Assembly (NCBI GenBank): GCA_002633005.1
Contig: NMRA01000047.1
Location: forward strand, 62,001-126,000
From: Phoronis australis
Lineage: Eukaryota; Animalia; Phoronida
Length of the DNA stretch: 64,000 nt
Direction of reading: 5' to 3'
In this document: piece after piece, positions 52,786-64,000 of the stretch
How positions within the stretch are numbered: position 1 is the first letter of the stretch
How the letters are laid out: the number at the start of each line of letters is the position of its first letter
Program-made: the position numbers and the translations under genes
The notes under the pieces: generated by a model
The model's input: only the letters and a program-made list of their open reading frames with translations
The model's database searches: none
What the model was told of the DNA's origin: nothing

Positions 52786-54546
52786 CGATGTTGTCAGTTG
52801 CCGATTTAAATACATTACTCTCTTTATTTGTCGATCATCCGTTGGACAGCAATACAGTAGACCGCCAAGAAACAAAACACAAAACAAGGCTATTTATAAT
52901 AACGTCTATATTGTTTCCGTCAAAACATGACCTGTCTCGAAACATAGACGATGTTTTAATTGATCTTGTTAAGTTTCTTGACCGTCTTCTCTGTTGTCCT
53001 GCGGATAGTCGAAAGGTAGTTTGATCCAGAATGTACAGTTTGAAAATCGTCAACTGACAACTGTGGTGAGGTTAACGAATTTTGTCCACAAGTCAAATTT
53101 TTCAGGTTTCAAGCATAAGGGCAAAATGTCCTAAAATGATGTACCTCCCGTCTTTCCGTTCTCAAGCAAAGCCAATACATAGCAATCGGTATGGAATTTT
53201 GTATTTTGGTTGAAGAACAAAATTCCAACTCATCAAATATTTTCATAAATGATACCCTCTTTCAGACTGATTTGCCTCACTCTGAGGTTGTCGACAGATT
53301 GTGTGGAAACGCTTAAAGTTTACTTTTATTAAAAAACATCGCCATCCATGATCTAAACGGAATTTTTAAATACAGCGTATCTAAATTCCACATAAAACTA
53401 CGATTCATTCCGGTGTATAGCCAACGAGAAATCACAAACTGAGTCTGCAGTTCACACAACTTTTACAGAATTATCTTGTTATTTCAACATCAGTTTCAAC
53501 ATTCACTTGAAAGGTGAAATAATAACTATTGAATGGGATTAATTTTAGCAATACGTGACGACTTAGTGATCACGCCGTGGAACCCGGATATTAGTGTCCT
53601 CTAGGATGGCGGCGCCGAGGAATTGTTTACACGCCTAATCACATACATTGTAAAGGAAGGTCTGTCACGAAGTCAAACTGTTCACCTTTTGCACCCGATG
53701 CGAAGCTATGGAACCCCTGGTACAGCCAGTCATTGACCCCACGTCATCTGCTCCCCTTGGTTATGGAAAGTCTCCCAATGAATGGAAATTTTAGGCGTTA
53801 AGCCAACCATTTTATTTACTGAAGCCGGCCTCCCGTTCAGTAACGCTAGAACCTCGCTAAAAAGAAAAAAACTTCCCAAGATATTGCCGTGTATTTTAAA
53901 TTAGAACACGTGACCTTGGCTAGATTTTAGCTAGGTCCTAGAGTAGGTCCTAACATTACTGAACGCACGCCGGGTTTGTTGACTCACGCGTTAATAAGAT
54001 GGTCGTGAGCGGAAACGGAAATGAAGCTCTATTCGTTAGAGAACTTGTGATTCCATTCATTACGCCCAACTCACATTACAATCTGCTGTTACAAGACCTG
54101 AAAGCTTCAATAAATCAATGCCAGTTGTACAATGACTGGTGATATACTACTTCCACAGACAATCCTATAATTATTCTCCACCTGCTCTCAACCGAGTAAA
54201 TACATTATGTTAATGGATGACGAAGGCAAATATTAAAGATTCTTTTCCTGCCCCACTTACTCGAAATGTCGAGTGCGTTTTAGTACATTACTTTCAAATA
54301 CGCAATTTTAGCTACTGCATTATTTACTAATATCTAAGTCGCTTAGCCGGATATCCAAACCACCAACTCAACCTTTTGCGCATAACTGTTGTTCGTCAAA
54401 GAGGTAGTGAAAGACAACCTGCAGAAATCAAAACATCTTCGGCCAATGTGCCGTGATGAACTAAAGACCACGAATCTGCGAAAGATCGTTTCTAGGAATA
54501 AAACGGAGTGCATAGTTGGAGAATATTTGGCGTAAGCGTAGAATAG

Positions 54547-57500
54547 ATGTTAACAAGCGAAGGTATGGCGTGCATCTTTGTAATTATAGCTCTCTACACT
54601 ATGACGCCAGCTGCTGGTGTGCGTGCCACGGAAAATTTTGTGCAATTTCTGAACTTTAAAGGCAAGAGTGACTGCAGCACAACAGTTGTAGTCTCTTCGC
54701 TTTTACATTGTTCCGCGGAGTGCACGGCTAGTGAGAACTGCTACGGGTTCAGTTTCAAGCGATCCAACCAAAAGTGCCTTCATCACTGCTGGTCTCCCAG
54801 CCTGAGAAAAAAGGTTGCAGCTGGCTGGGCGTTCTACCAACTTCGACTACCTGGTAGGTTTAAAATAAGTGACATGTGAAATATAGCAGAGGATTAACAA
54901 AAATGCTATTCACGCATTTAAAACGGATTGTTCTTTCATAAAAACAGGCATAATTTGTTTGTGCATTTACTTCATACATCCGTTTAACATTTTAGAATGC
55001 ACTGACGTCGCTACACGTAAAACGTACGAAGAATTGGACTTGAAAGACCAGATGACTGGGAATTTTAACGATTTTGAACTCGGCAGATTTAAAATTAACA
55101 AAATAACCTGGTGGACACGGGACCAGGCAATTGTTGGGTAGGTATACAGTTCAAGAACGCGCCACAAGATGTCACGTCATAAGGTAATAAACCTTAAACT
55201 AAAAACATTATATCGAGTTCCAGAAAGCAGAGGATCTCTGCGACCAAACTCCCGTTTCATAAAAAGTCAGTTTAGACTCAAGCCAGAGATTTCGTCTTCG
55301 CCCCACACGACAATTTCTGAAAAACATTTTAACATCACTTCAGCACAAGTGAACGGTCTCAGCAATATGCTCGTTATTGACAGTCAGTTGTAATTTCCAT
55401 ACATTATTTCTAATTTTATGTAAGTTCTAGCAATTGTACGCAATAAAAAGTTATTCAACAACTGTGAAATTCCTAAATCACGGACCAAAATAAAAATTAG
55501 CGGCAAATTTCTTCACAAATTGTTGGTGACTAAAGGCTGAATGGGACACCAGAAAAATGTCCATCTTGTGAACTCCAATCACAGAAATGGCTGATTAGAT
55601 TCCCATAAACTTTTAGATGCTATGTTTTACGCACTCTTCTCCAAAATGCTTATTGGAAATGTTTTAACACGTCCCCTTTTTTGCATGCTGGCGAATAAAA
55701 ATGTGAATCATGATTTTTGTGAAAAAACTCAGAAGTTGCTTAAAACAAAGAAAAAATAATAGTAACGGTGTTCGTGAGATTTCATAACGCGGAAACATCT
55801 ATATCGGTGGAATTTGTTCATATTATTGATAACATTGTTTTGCAACGGTATACCTTTCTTTTGGCTAAATTTTGATTAAAAGATCAGGTGCCCAAACTTA
55901 AGGCTGATTTACATGAAGTCATACAGTAAATTCTGCAGGTATTATGCTTTCAGAAAATTTATGGTTTTACCGAGTCAACTTCTGTAGTTTTGTAGCTTAG
56001 ATATTTGGATGAATGTGCGGACTTGCCGTTAAGATTCTACATAACCTTAATTCATTATCCGCATCACAACGTGAGTGAAAACGCTAGACCTGCATGTTGT
56101 GTGACTATTGCCTTGGGACACGGGTGTGTTACCATCAACAGTGTTTTTGCTTCCATTTCTTGTACAGAGCTGTATCCGAGTTTTTTAAAAACACATGGGC
56201 GACATTTTGACACGTTGGACCATCTCAGTTCTACCAGAGTTTGAAACCTCCGATTCTGGGCTTTCAAATACACAACACGACCAATGGACGACCAGAAAAA
56301 AGATATATTAACTCTTCTGCAGTGAATTCCCTGCCGTCCTGCGATGTGATTTACCCACTCTGTCATTGCCGTGCAATGCTCTACTACAACAAAGGGAGAA
56401 AACTCTAACTCATCCCGGCCGACGCCTCCCCCCACACACTGTTGAAATCTGTAGTTTTGCAGATATTTGGTTAAATCAGGAAGAGATAACCAGGAAGGGA
56501 CAACTGTTTTAGCGCATTTTAACGTATTTTCAAAGGTGATTTCAAAAGTAAATGTTAAAGTAGTCTGGAATCCAAGCATTGTGTTTGAAAGCTTAACTCT
56601 TTAGCTATAAAATAACACCACTTTTGTCCCCAAAGACTTCATATTAATAGCACTGGGATGCTTTGAACATGACTTGTTTTACCCTTCCAAAAGATGCCTC
56701 TTCCCAGGCATGTACTCGGGCACGATCCTCTTTTTTGAACCAACAGATGTCACTAATATATGCAAATGAGGCTCGCATCGTCTACGTCATACGACGTCAT
56801 ACGGCGCGAGCTTCCAATTTGAACCCTAGAGTGCCTGATAGTGAATGACTTGAAACGCAGTTCTATCTGACTGGGCAGATCTAAGAAAATGAAGAACTCA
56901 TCATGCAAGTCAATGTTCAAAGGACATTGAATGGTTTCACATGAAAATACATTTAATTGTATTTGGATACGTTTGCATGTGTGTATGCGTGGACTTCGTC
57001 ATTTTGCTTATCCAGATTTAGAAGCAGGTGTTAGTCAAGAAATTAGCTGCTCCCGCCACGGTGGCCGGTGTCGTGGCGTCGCCGGGAAGTCTGATCCATG
57101 CATGCGCAATTCGACCAACTAATGCTAGTTGCTGGTCAGCTCTGCTATGATTCATGCGCAATTCGACGAACTAATGCTAGTCGCTGGTCAGCTCTGCTAT
57201 GATTCATGCGCAATTCGACAAACTAATGCTAGTCGCGGGTCAGCTCCGCTGTGATTCATTTGAGACGTGCGGCTTAACTCGAACCTATACCCGTGTTCTG
57301 GCTCCAAGGTCGTTTTTTGACCCAGTTTCGGGAAAAGTTCATTTTAATACGGTCATTTCCTGAAGATTTTTTGGAAAGATATGATCCCGAAATCCTTGGC
57401 CTATAGAGCTGTATCAAAATTCCTTGTTGAAACACGGCCACTGGTCCAGCTTCTGCAGGGCGGCTGGGAAAATGAACGCGTGTCCCAAAAATGCACACAC

Positions 57501-60500
57501 TTCAACCCCTCAGTGCAGTTCAAGTTCTTTCCCCGTCAATCACTGTGCGCGGATTCTACTGCATGACTACACCTTATTTTTAACGTGGGTGCGTCACTGA
57601 GTCACAACGTGTCCAGCCTTTGCAGTGTGCACGGGAATGGCAAGCAAACGATTCGGTCTAGAAGAACCTAAATTCATTGCACAATACTGGGAACTACAAG
57701 CATCAACGAAGTGCAAAGACAATCTTTCCAAATTTATGAGCAATGACTTGAACTTCTTTTTTGATCTACGGTTTGTAAATTTTTGAATTTCATTAGTCTA
57801 GTTTTTAATTCAATAAAGCATTTAGAGCTGCCCGACATTCAAGAAATACCCCTGTTATCGTTTAGGGTCCTTCTTTGCGATATGGTGGTCTGATGATGGA
57901 TCGAATTTTTGCCTTCAGGCTTCAACTAAGTTCAGTGACGCATCGCCATTTCTTACAAGACAGCTTCTGTGCTGTGCACGAATGTTTTGTGTTTTTGATG
58001 AATTTGGAATCTCAACTTCCCCTCATGAGTAGTTGGTAGTGTCATGCCGGAGGTGTACAGAAGGCGCAGTACTGAAAAAAGTGAGGGCTAAAGCCCCCTC
58101 AGCCCCCCTGTAGTGCACCGCCTATGGACCACTGGAAAACTTGGACTGAATTAATACGCTCCGAAAAACTTTTGCTTCACAAATTTTCTCGAATTTTCGA
58201 AATACATGTATGAATGATTAAGTGCACATTTTCAAGGGCACTTAGACGACCTATGCTGCAAAAACGGAGACCCTAACAACAATTGTCCTGGCCAGGGCCC
58301 TCAAATGGTAAGCCATACACTGATACCGAGTTGTCAATGTTCTCTTGAATTTTCGCTCTGATCAGTATTCGAAGTCTTTCTTTTTTGTCTTTCCCCAGCC
58401 CCACACCTTTGTCGGTTGCCATGGTTTGACCCTGAGGCATGCAATTTTTTTGGGGTGGCACTCGCCCTCCCCCCGCTTACTAAGGTCCTGATGCAAGGAG
58501 TCCATCGTTGGTCCAAGGTCAATGTTGTGTTTCAACACGCATTCGTTGTATAGCTTGAGCATTAAATTAAAGGTTTAAGAAATACAGTATCAGTTTTGCG
58601 CGTTTAAAGGCGAAGGCAACCTTTTTCATGTCATTTTTAGCAAAAATAAGGTTCGTTAATTATCCCAGACATATTTTTCACTTATTTACTGCTTTTCGTA
58701 ATTTAATTGATTACTCGTTGTCTACTCCGGAAGTGACGTTTTGGGAGACAAGAATTTCGCGCCAATTTCTTTTCATATAGTCTGACTGAGAGCAGTCGAG
58801 TCAGTCATTGTTCTACCTCGGTTGTGATAAGTTCGGTCGTCGTTTGCTTTTGCTTAGGAGTCAGTCAACATGCCACGCTGTTGCTGCGTACTGGGGTGTA
58901 CTCATTATTGTCTCACGTACAGAGTAAGAACTGTCCCACTTGCCTGAGTGTCCCGCGACACACTCCCACTGAAGAGTGATCTGAGCACCCAAGTTGCTTG
59001 CATCCCGCCGTGTGACTCCCTCGCCACACACCTGGCACCTTCCAAATAGCTCCAATACAAGTCCACAATAAACTTATCAAACTTAGGCTCACCGATCTGT
59101 TCATTGGATGACGAACTGTCCTCTTCACTGGGTGTCGAACTGGGCCTGTATTCACTCCCACTACTCAACATCGCTGCAGGACTGCTTACAGGCTCTGGGC
59201 TCAGAGACAACAGCACAGGGCGAATCACTGCTAGTTTCCGAAATTGCACGCAATGGGGTACGTTCGGAGGCACGGGTGACAGCAGATGAAGTGCCTCCAG
59301 TCAGTGTATATAGTGGCCACAGCTCCCAAGGCTTCTCGCTTCAAAAACGCACTTCTCGGGGTTGGCGACGGGGCACTGCCGGGAATCGACAGCGACGGTA
59401 TGGTACCCTTCTTAAGGCGTTGTTTTGCAGGGACCTTCATCAATTCAGCGTGCATATCTGTCATAATCTGACGGCAGACAATGCTTGCCACACACTCGGT
59501 AACCCTCCACTGCTTTGTACGTTGCGTGGACGGGTAACTCTGCGTTCTTCACATGAACGAGCTAGCCAAGTACGCGAAGTGTGTCATCCTTCGGAAAGCG
59601 ACGCAAGGTACCCAAAGCGCGTGTGAGACGTGGCATGTTGACTGACTTGTAAACAAAAGCAAACGACGACCGAACTGATCACAACCGAGGTAGAACAATG
59701 ACTCACTCGACAGCTCTCACAGTCAGACTATAATGAAAAGAAATTGGCGCGAAACTCTTGCCTCCCCAAACGTCACTTCCGGAGTAGATGACGAGAAATT
59801 AATCAAATTACGAAAAGTTGCAATTAAGTGAAAAATGTGTCTGGGATAATCAACGAACCTTATTTGTACTAAAAGTGACATGAAAAAAGGAAGCTTTCAC
59901 CTTTAATTGTGCGTGTAAAAGGGTTTATAGATTCGTACTGAATTTGTTGCTGCAACTTGTCTCATGGGCCTGTATCCGGCACGTGACCACAAATGTGGAC
60001 ACTAATTCGGCTATTGCGCAAGTCGAATGTAGCAAGGTGGCCAGTGAAAATGTAAAGCAGTGACAACTCGCATTTCTAGTCTCTTATTATGAAAACCATT
60101 GAAGACAATTACCAGCACCTGCAAACAAGAATTTTGAAGTATGGAGAATTTCAACAGGAGTTAGTTGTATACTTAGTCGCGAAGCTACCGACATTCCAGC
60201 CACGGTTACTGCCGGTCCTTTGAAGCAATTATAGCACATATATACGAATTTTTAAGAATGGCAAGGGTGCGTTTTGTGTTGACGGAAATGTCCATGGCGT
60301 CAAGGAATTTGAGGCATTTAATGATGAACAACACCTAGCAAAACTAACTTCCAAGTATGCATACTGTGGCGGAATTAAGAAATACGATTATGGCAGTGCT
60401 AACTGTAGCAGAACCACAAAGTGTGCTAAAATGGTAGAAAATTAGGCATAACATTTTTGTAGCCTGAGCAGATAAAAGGTTGATTGGCGCAAGAGAAGGC

Positions 60501-62204
60501 CGATGTCTTCAATGCTCAGAAAAATTTCGGCAGGCAAGAGACTTGCCAAGAAAACGACACAGTTGAGTCCGGGCATTCTAAAGGAAGAACTGCAGCCAAT
60601 TCCAATTATTCGGTGCAACTTCTCTCACCCGACAGTGTTGTTTCACGATACCGCAACCTCAAACAGCGTCAAAGAAACGAAACGCGGAGGATGAGATATT
60701 ACAGAGTATTAATATTTATTCTTGGATACAGGTGTCCACCTCAAAATTAATTTCCCACGGCCATTCTTTATGCCAATAGCAATGTTTTCGTCAACTGAAG
60801 AACAGGAATCATAGACATCCCGCACGCTCCGTCTATGGTTCTGACACTTCAAACTTTTGTCAACACGACATGTAGCCGCAGAAAGTTTGATGTTGACCTC
60901 ATTCTAATCTCTGCAATCCACTGTCAGGGGACGAAAACAATTCAAAGTCCGCTCCTCGAAATAGGGCTTGCTTAGCTGGAATTCAGAACTGCGGTCATGA
61001 GAGTGTTTTCACCTCCTGATTGCGAAGCGATCGAGTGGTATCTTCATCAGCGCGTGCTCTCAGTGGGAGGTCACCGCTTTATCCACTCAAGCGCTCGACC
61101 AACAACTGACGAGAGCCTCGGAACTCCCACATGCAAATTTGATATGCAAATGAGGGAGTACTTGACTACTGCGCCATCTATACATCGACGGAAAAGCTTA
61201 AATACCCGTGACTGCGTGTGGGAAGTTGCGATTGAGTGCTCTGAAGTCGATATTTTTAAAGTACAATTACACCACTGTATAAGGTTGCAAAGTGAGTTTT
61301 TTGATATCCTTCTATAGAAAAAGCTTTAATCTCTCTGATAAAATCATCTGTTTCCTTTTAAACGAAACTTAAGTCCTGAAATTAGACCGGGGAAGGAGGC
61401 CAAAAACGGCGGTTTAGCTAGTTGTCCCTTCCTGGTTATCTCTTCCTGGTTAAATGTACATGTAGGCCTACAGTCTCGTCTATAAGGTCCTACACATTAA
61501 GTCATACATGTATATCAGGATACAGTCACGTGGTTTCAGAACGATCACTATACGACATGTCGACTTCATAAATAAGTAAACCAGCTCCGATTTCCAATGA
61601 GGTTTTCCTAGTGAGTAATTTCACATTTCACTGCTGCGTAACTTACATCAAGATGTCGTTAGGCACGTCTCATAATTTATTGTACATGTACAGGATGAAT
61701 TTGCGGTTTTCACTGTCAATTTTACAAATATCAAAATCGTTTAGAATAACGCTAGTACATGGGAACTTTATTTTTGTAAGATTACTTATGAGATATTTTT
61801 ATGGAAGCAATATCACGAAATAGCAACTGTTTGTAGCTTTTGGTAAGCACACTTTCGTTTCTTTCACTTCGGTATTTATTTTATGCAGGATAAGAACAAC
61901 ATATGGCGTCATCGATTCTACACATCCGCCAGACGCAGAAGGAGACCCTGGAACGGTACGGTACTTCAACACTACCGAGTTCATCTCAGGGATCTCCCTT
62001 TGCTGGAATAATGTTTTAAAAGTTTTCACCGATATAAACCCGATGACGTCACTGGATCACGCCTCAGTCGATTGCGACAATGTTGGTACGCCCGAATTTT
62101 TGTCAAGTCCTGGGAAGGTGCTACGCTACATTTCAGGATACTATGGACTAACAGAGGGCACTCAGTACAATGTTTTGAAACATATCGTTTTTCACTTTTG
62201 TTAA
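54547..62204 (+). CDS. 3-exon secreted protein, 254 aa: signal peptide + PAN/apple-like domain + jacalin-like (beta-prism) lectin domain
   Basis: Exons 54547-54853, 54996-55137, 61889-62204; GT-AG introns, phases 1 and 2, 765 nt open. SLLHCSAECTASENCYGFSF..KC..W is PAN-like. FNDF..KINKITWW..IVG|IRTTYG..H..G..EFISGIS..PGKVLRYISGYYG..VLKHIVFHFC* is jacalin-like. Confidence 0.78.
57102..57259. repeat. 52-bp tandem repeat, 3 copies
   Basis: ATGCGCAATTCGACCAACTAATGCTAGTTGCTGGTCAGCTCTGCTATGATTC x3 with few substitutions. Confidence 0.92.
58608..59902 (-). mobile_element. Internally deleted Kolobok-like element with ~270-bp inverted ends and THAP-transposase remnant
   Basis: TTAA-AGG...CCT-TTAA; 58608-58877 is a diverged reverse complement of 59629-59902; a minus-strand coding remnant lies between. 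Confidence 0.85.
58905..59636 (-). pseudogene. Degenerate THAP + CxxC..CxxGH..W transposase N-terminus
   Basis: MPR..LRRFPKDDTLR..RVCGKHCLPSDY..RLKKGTIPSL (THAP), acidic linker EYRPSSTPSEEDSSSS, then KFIV..ELFGRCQVCG..GAQITLQWECVAGHSGKWDS. Stops and frameshifts are present and no catalytic region is seen. Confidence 0.78.
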
Positions 62205-62589
62205 TAAGCCAATCGCCCCACACAGGAAGGTCGGTTTGTTGGTTTCATTAGAAGTTTCTCAGACATGTTTGATTCTGTAGATGGAAGGGAATTAGGCTAT
62301 TTCTGAAAAATTAATTACGGGTTTCTAACACCGAACTCTCAAAAAGTCAAGACGATTGCGTGTTGCGGAAAACTGTTGATTTCTGGTGAAATTGGCCAGT
62401 GACAGGAGTTTTGTCAAGATCGTTGAAAATTCTCACCTGTTGAGTCAATTTGATTCACTTGTCCTTTGCTGAAGGATATGACCAAAGTCAAAAGCCTCCG
62501 CCATTGCGTGTACATTTACACCAAAAAAACATTCACCAAACTGGTTTCAGAACATGGCATAACAGTCTAAACTATATACCAGGTCTCGA

Positions 62590-62830
62590 CTGCAGATGTT
62601 AATGCAGACGATATCACGTCACAGTATCCTGCAAAAACTAAGAAAACAACAGACCGAGCAACAGATTCCTGCTGCCCGAAATGCTGGATGGAAGATGAAA
62701 CACCAGAACACCATGTCTGACGGTGTTTCACTTACCAAAGCATTACAAAAGAATACTTTGGAAGTAAAACAGTGTCGGTGAAAACATTAAGACACTTGCA
62801 AAATTAAGCAGACTGTGGAGTATTAGCAGT
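62590..62830 (+). pseudogene. Possible 3' remnant of a non-LTR retrotransposon ORF2 (C-terminal Cys/His knuckle)
   Basis: One frame reads TDSCCPKCWMEDETPEHHV*RC, resembling the CPxCxxxxETxEHxxxxC motif. Surrounding sequence is decayed. Confidence 0.4.
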
Positions 62831-64000
62831 GAAATTTAAGCACAGTGTCTGTTGCAATGAGCCTGTAGAATGCTTAAGTAACGCGTCGGCCTTTTTGATT
62901 TGCGGCATGTTTTTCCTCGCAAAACTCTGACAACAGTGTCCCATTATATTTTCATTAAGTTTCATTAGATAACCAAGTAAGTGATTACATAACAAAAACA
63001 AGTCCTTACAGACATGTATCACCGGTTGTATGTAGTACATCTATAGCTGACTAAGCCACATTCGTACTTTTCACACACGAAACCAGCCTGTCCCGTTATT
63101 ATCAAATTATTGAGCTATGTTATTGACAACACTCTGGTATCAAATACTGCACTATTGACTAACTTCTATTTAACTACTGCAAACTGACTAGTGACTATTG
63201 TCTGTGTATAGCTTTGTAGACGCAAGAAACTCGCTAAGGAAGCTACTTGTCATCACGCTTTTTTCTTGTAACAGATGGCGATATCTCTGGATGTCTTGCG
63301 TGCTTTTGCGTTTTCCCGAGATTCTCGCGTCTAAAGAACGCACGCCAGAGTACTATTGATGGACGCTGATTCTGTAGCTTAAAGCTATTGGAACTTGATC
63401 TGAGTCTTTGATTTAGGGCTAGAAGTGTACTCATGGCATTACATCAACAGCAAATAAAAGGTTTACATGTGGCCTTCAAGTTACCAATTTCGTTACCATG
63501 CACCCCAAAATACCCCAGGAAAGCTGAAATTGTCTCTATGCAAGTGCTAATTTCGTTCACTGGCAAATATGCACTAACGTTTTAAGGCAAGTGCTCAATA
63601 TAATGAAGTCCCTTAAGACCTCATTAATCCCCGACATCCTCAAGTTTTACCCACTTGTTAAAATAGCCGGTCAGACGGGGCATAAATTGGCCAGTTATCT
63701 CATTTTCATCCACTTTTGATGAAAACGTTTTCGGAATTGTTCTTTCATAACAAACACTGATTTTATTTTGCTGAGTCCTCTTCAGAAAGCCTACTATGAG
63801 TTAAGGTCTTCCAACTTTTAACTCAGATATTGGGCACAGTATTTTTGATCTCATTGTGAATAGTTTGCAAGTACGACTTTACGACTATGTAAGACCTTGT
63901 CGACAAACCTGTGTTTCTATATAAATATCTACAAAAAATATTTTAGCTCAATTGAAGTATATATTCTCTGAACTTAGGAAGTATGAAGATTCTGTTTTTT

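Larger units (their letters stand above)
56475..61449. mobile_element. ~5-kb non-autonomous TTAA element with piggyBac-like ends, hosting nested insertions
   Basis: TTAA-ATCAGGAAGAGATAACCAGGAAGGGACAACT versus right-end reverse complement TTAA-CCAGGAAGAGATAACCAGGAAGGGACAACT. Weak subterminal inverted similarity between ~56660-56755 and ~61165-61265. Confidence 0.75.

Noticed and set aside
55997-56031. Alternative exon 3 for the lectin gene (LDIWMNVRTCR*)
   Set aside because: It lies in a repeat-like end, stops after 11 codons and does not complete the jacalin-like fold, unlike 61889-62204.
59108-59626. 172-aa plus-strand ORF inside the Kolobok-like element
   Set aside because: Antisense shadow of the THAP remnant, with no motifs of its own.

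Overview
AT-rich (roughly 38% GC by eye), intron-containing eukaryotic DNA, most like a marine-invertebrate draft assembly, with two N-gaps, two single Ns and haplotype-like duplications beside two of them. No prokaryotic features, rRNA, tRNA or CRISPR were seen. Three host genes can be built by hand: (1) an intronless ~930-aa LRR-LRRCT-Ig-TM receptor with a short tail ending in a PDZ-type motif (3923-6718); (2) a 5-exon, 453-aa gene with an F-BAR/FCH-like helical N-terminus and a long acidic tail (15646-20181); (3) a 3-exon, 254-aa secreted PAN/apple plus jacalin-like lectin gene (54547-62204), whose last exon is absent from the ORF track and whose 6.75-kb intron holds nested transposons. The rest is rich in mobile DNA: two 5'-inverted Penelope-like retroelements with hammerhead-ribozyme motifs (one with a clean 13-bp TSD), three THAP/Kolobok-type remnants, a TA-flanked TIR element with helically phased motif arrays, a 5-bp-TSD TIR element, Mutator-like and piggyBac-like non-autonomous elements, several TTAA MITEs and minisatellites. 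All domain and family calls come from motif recognition by eye, not database searches.
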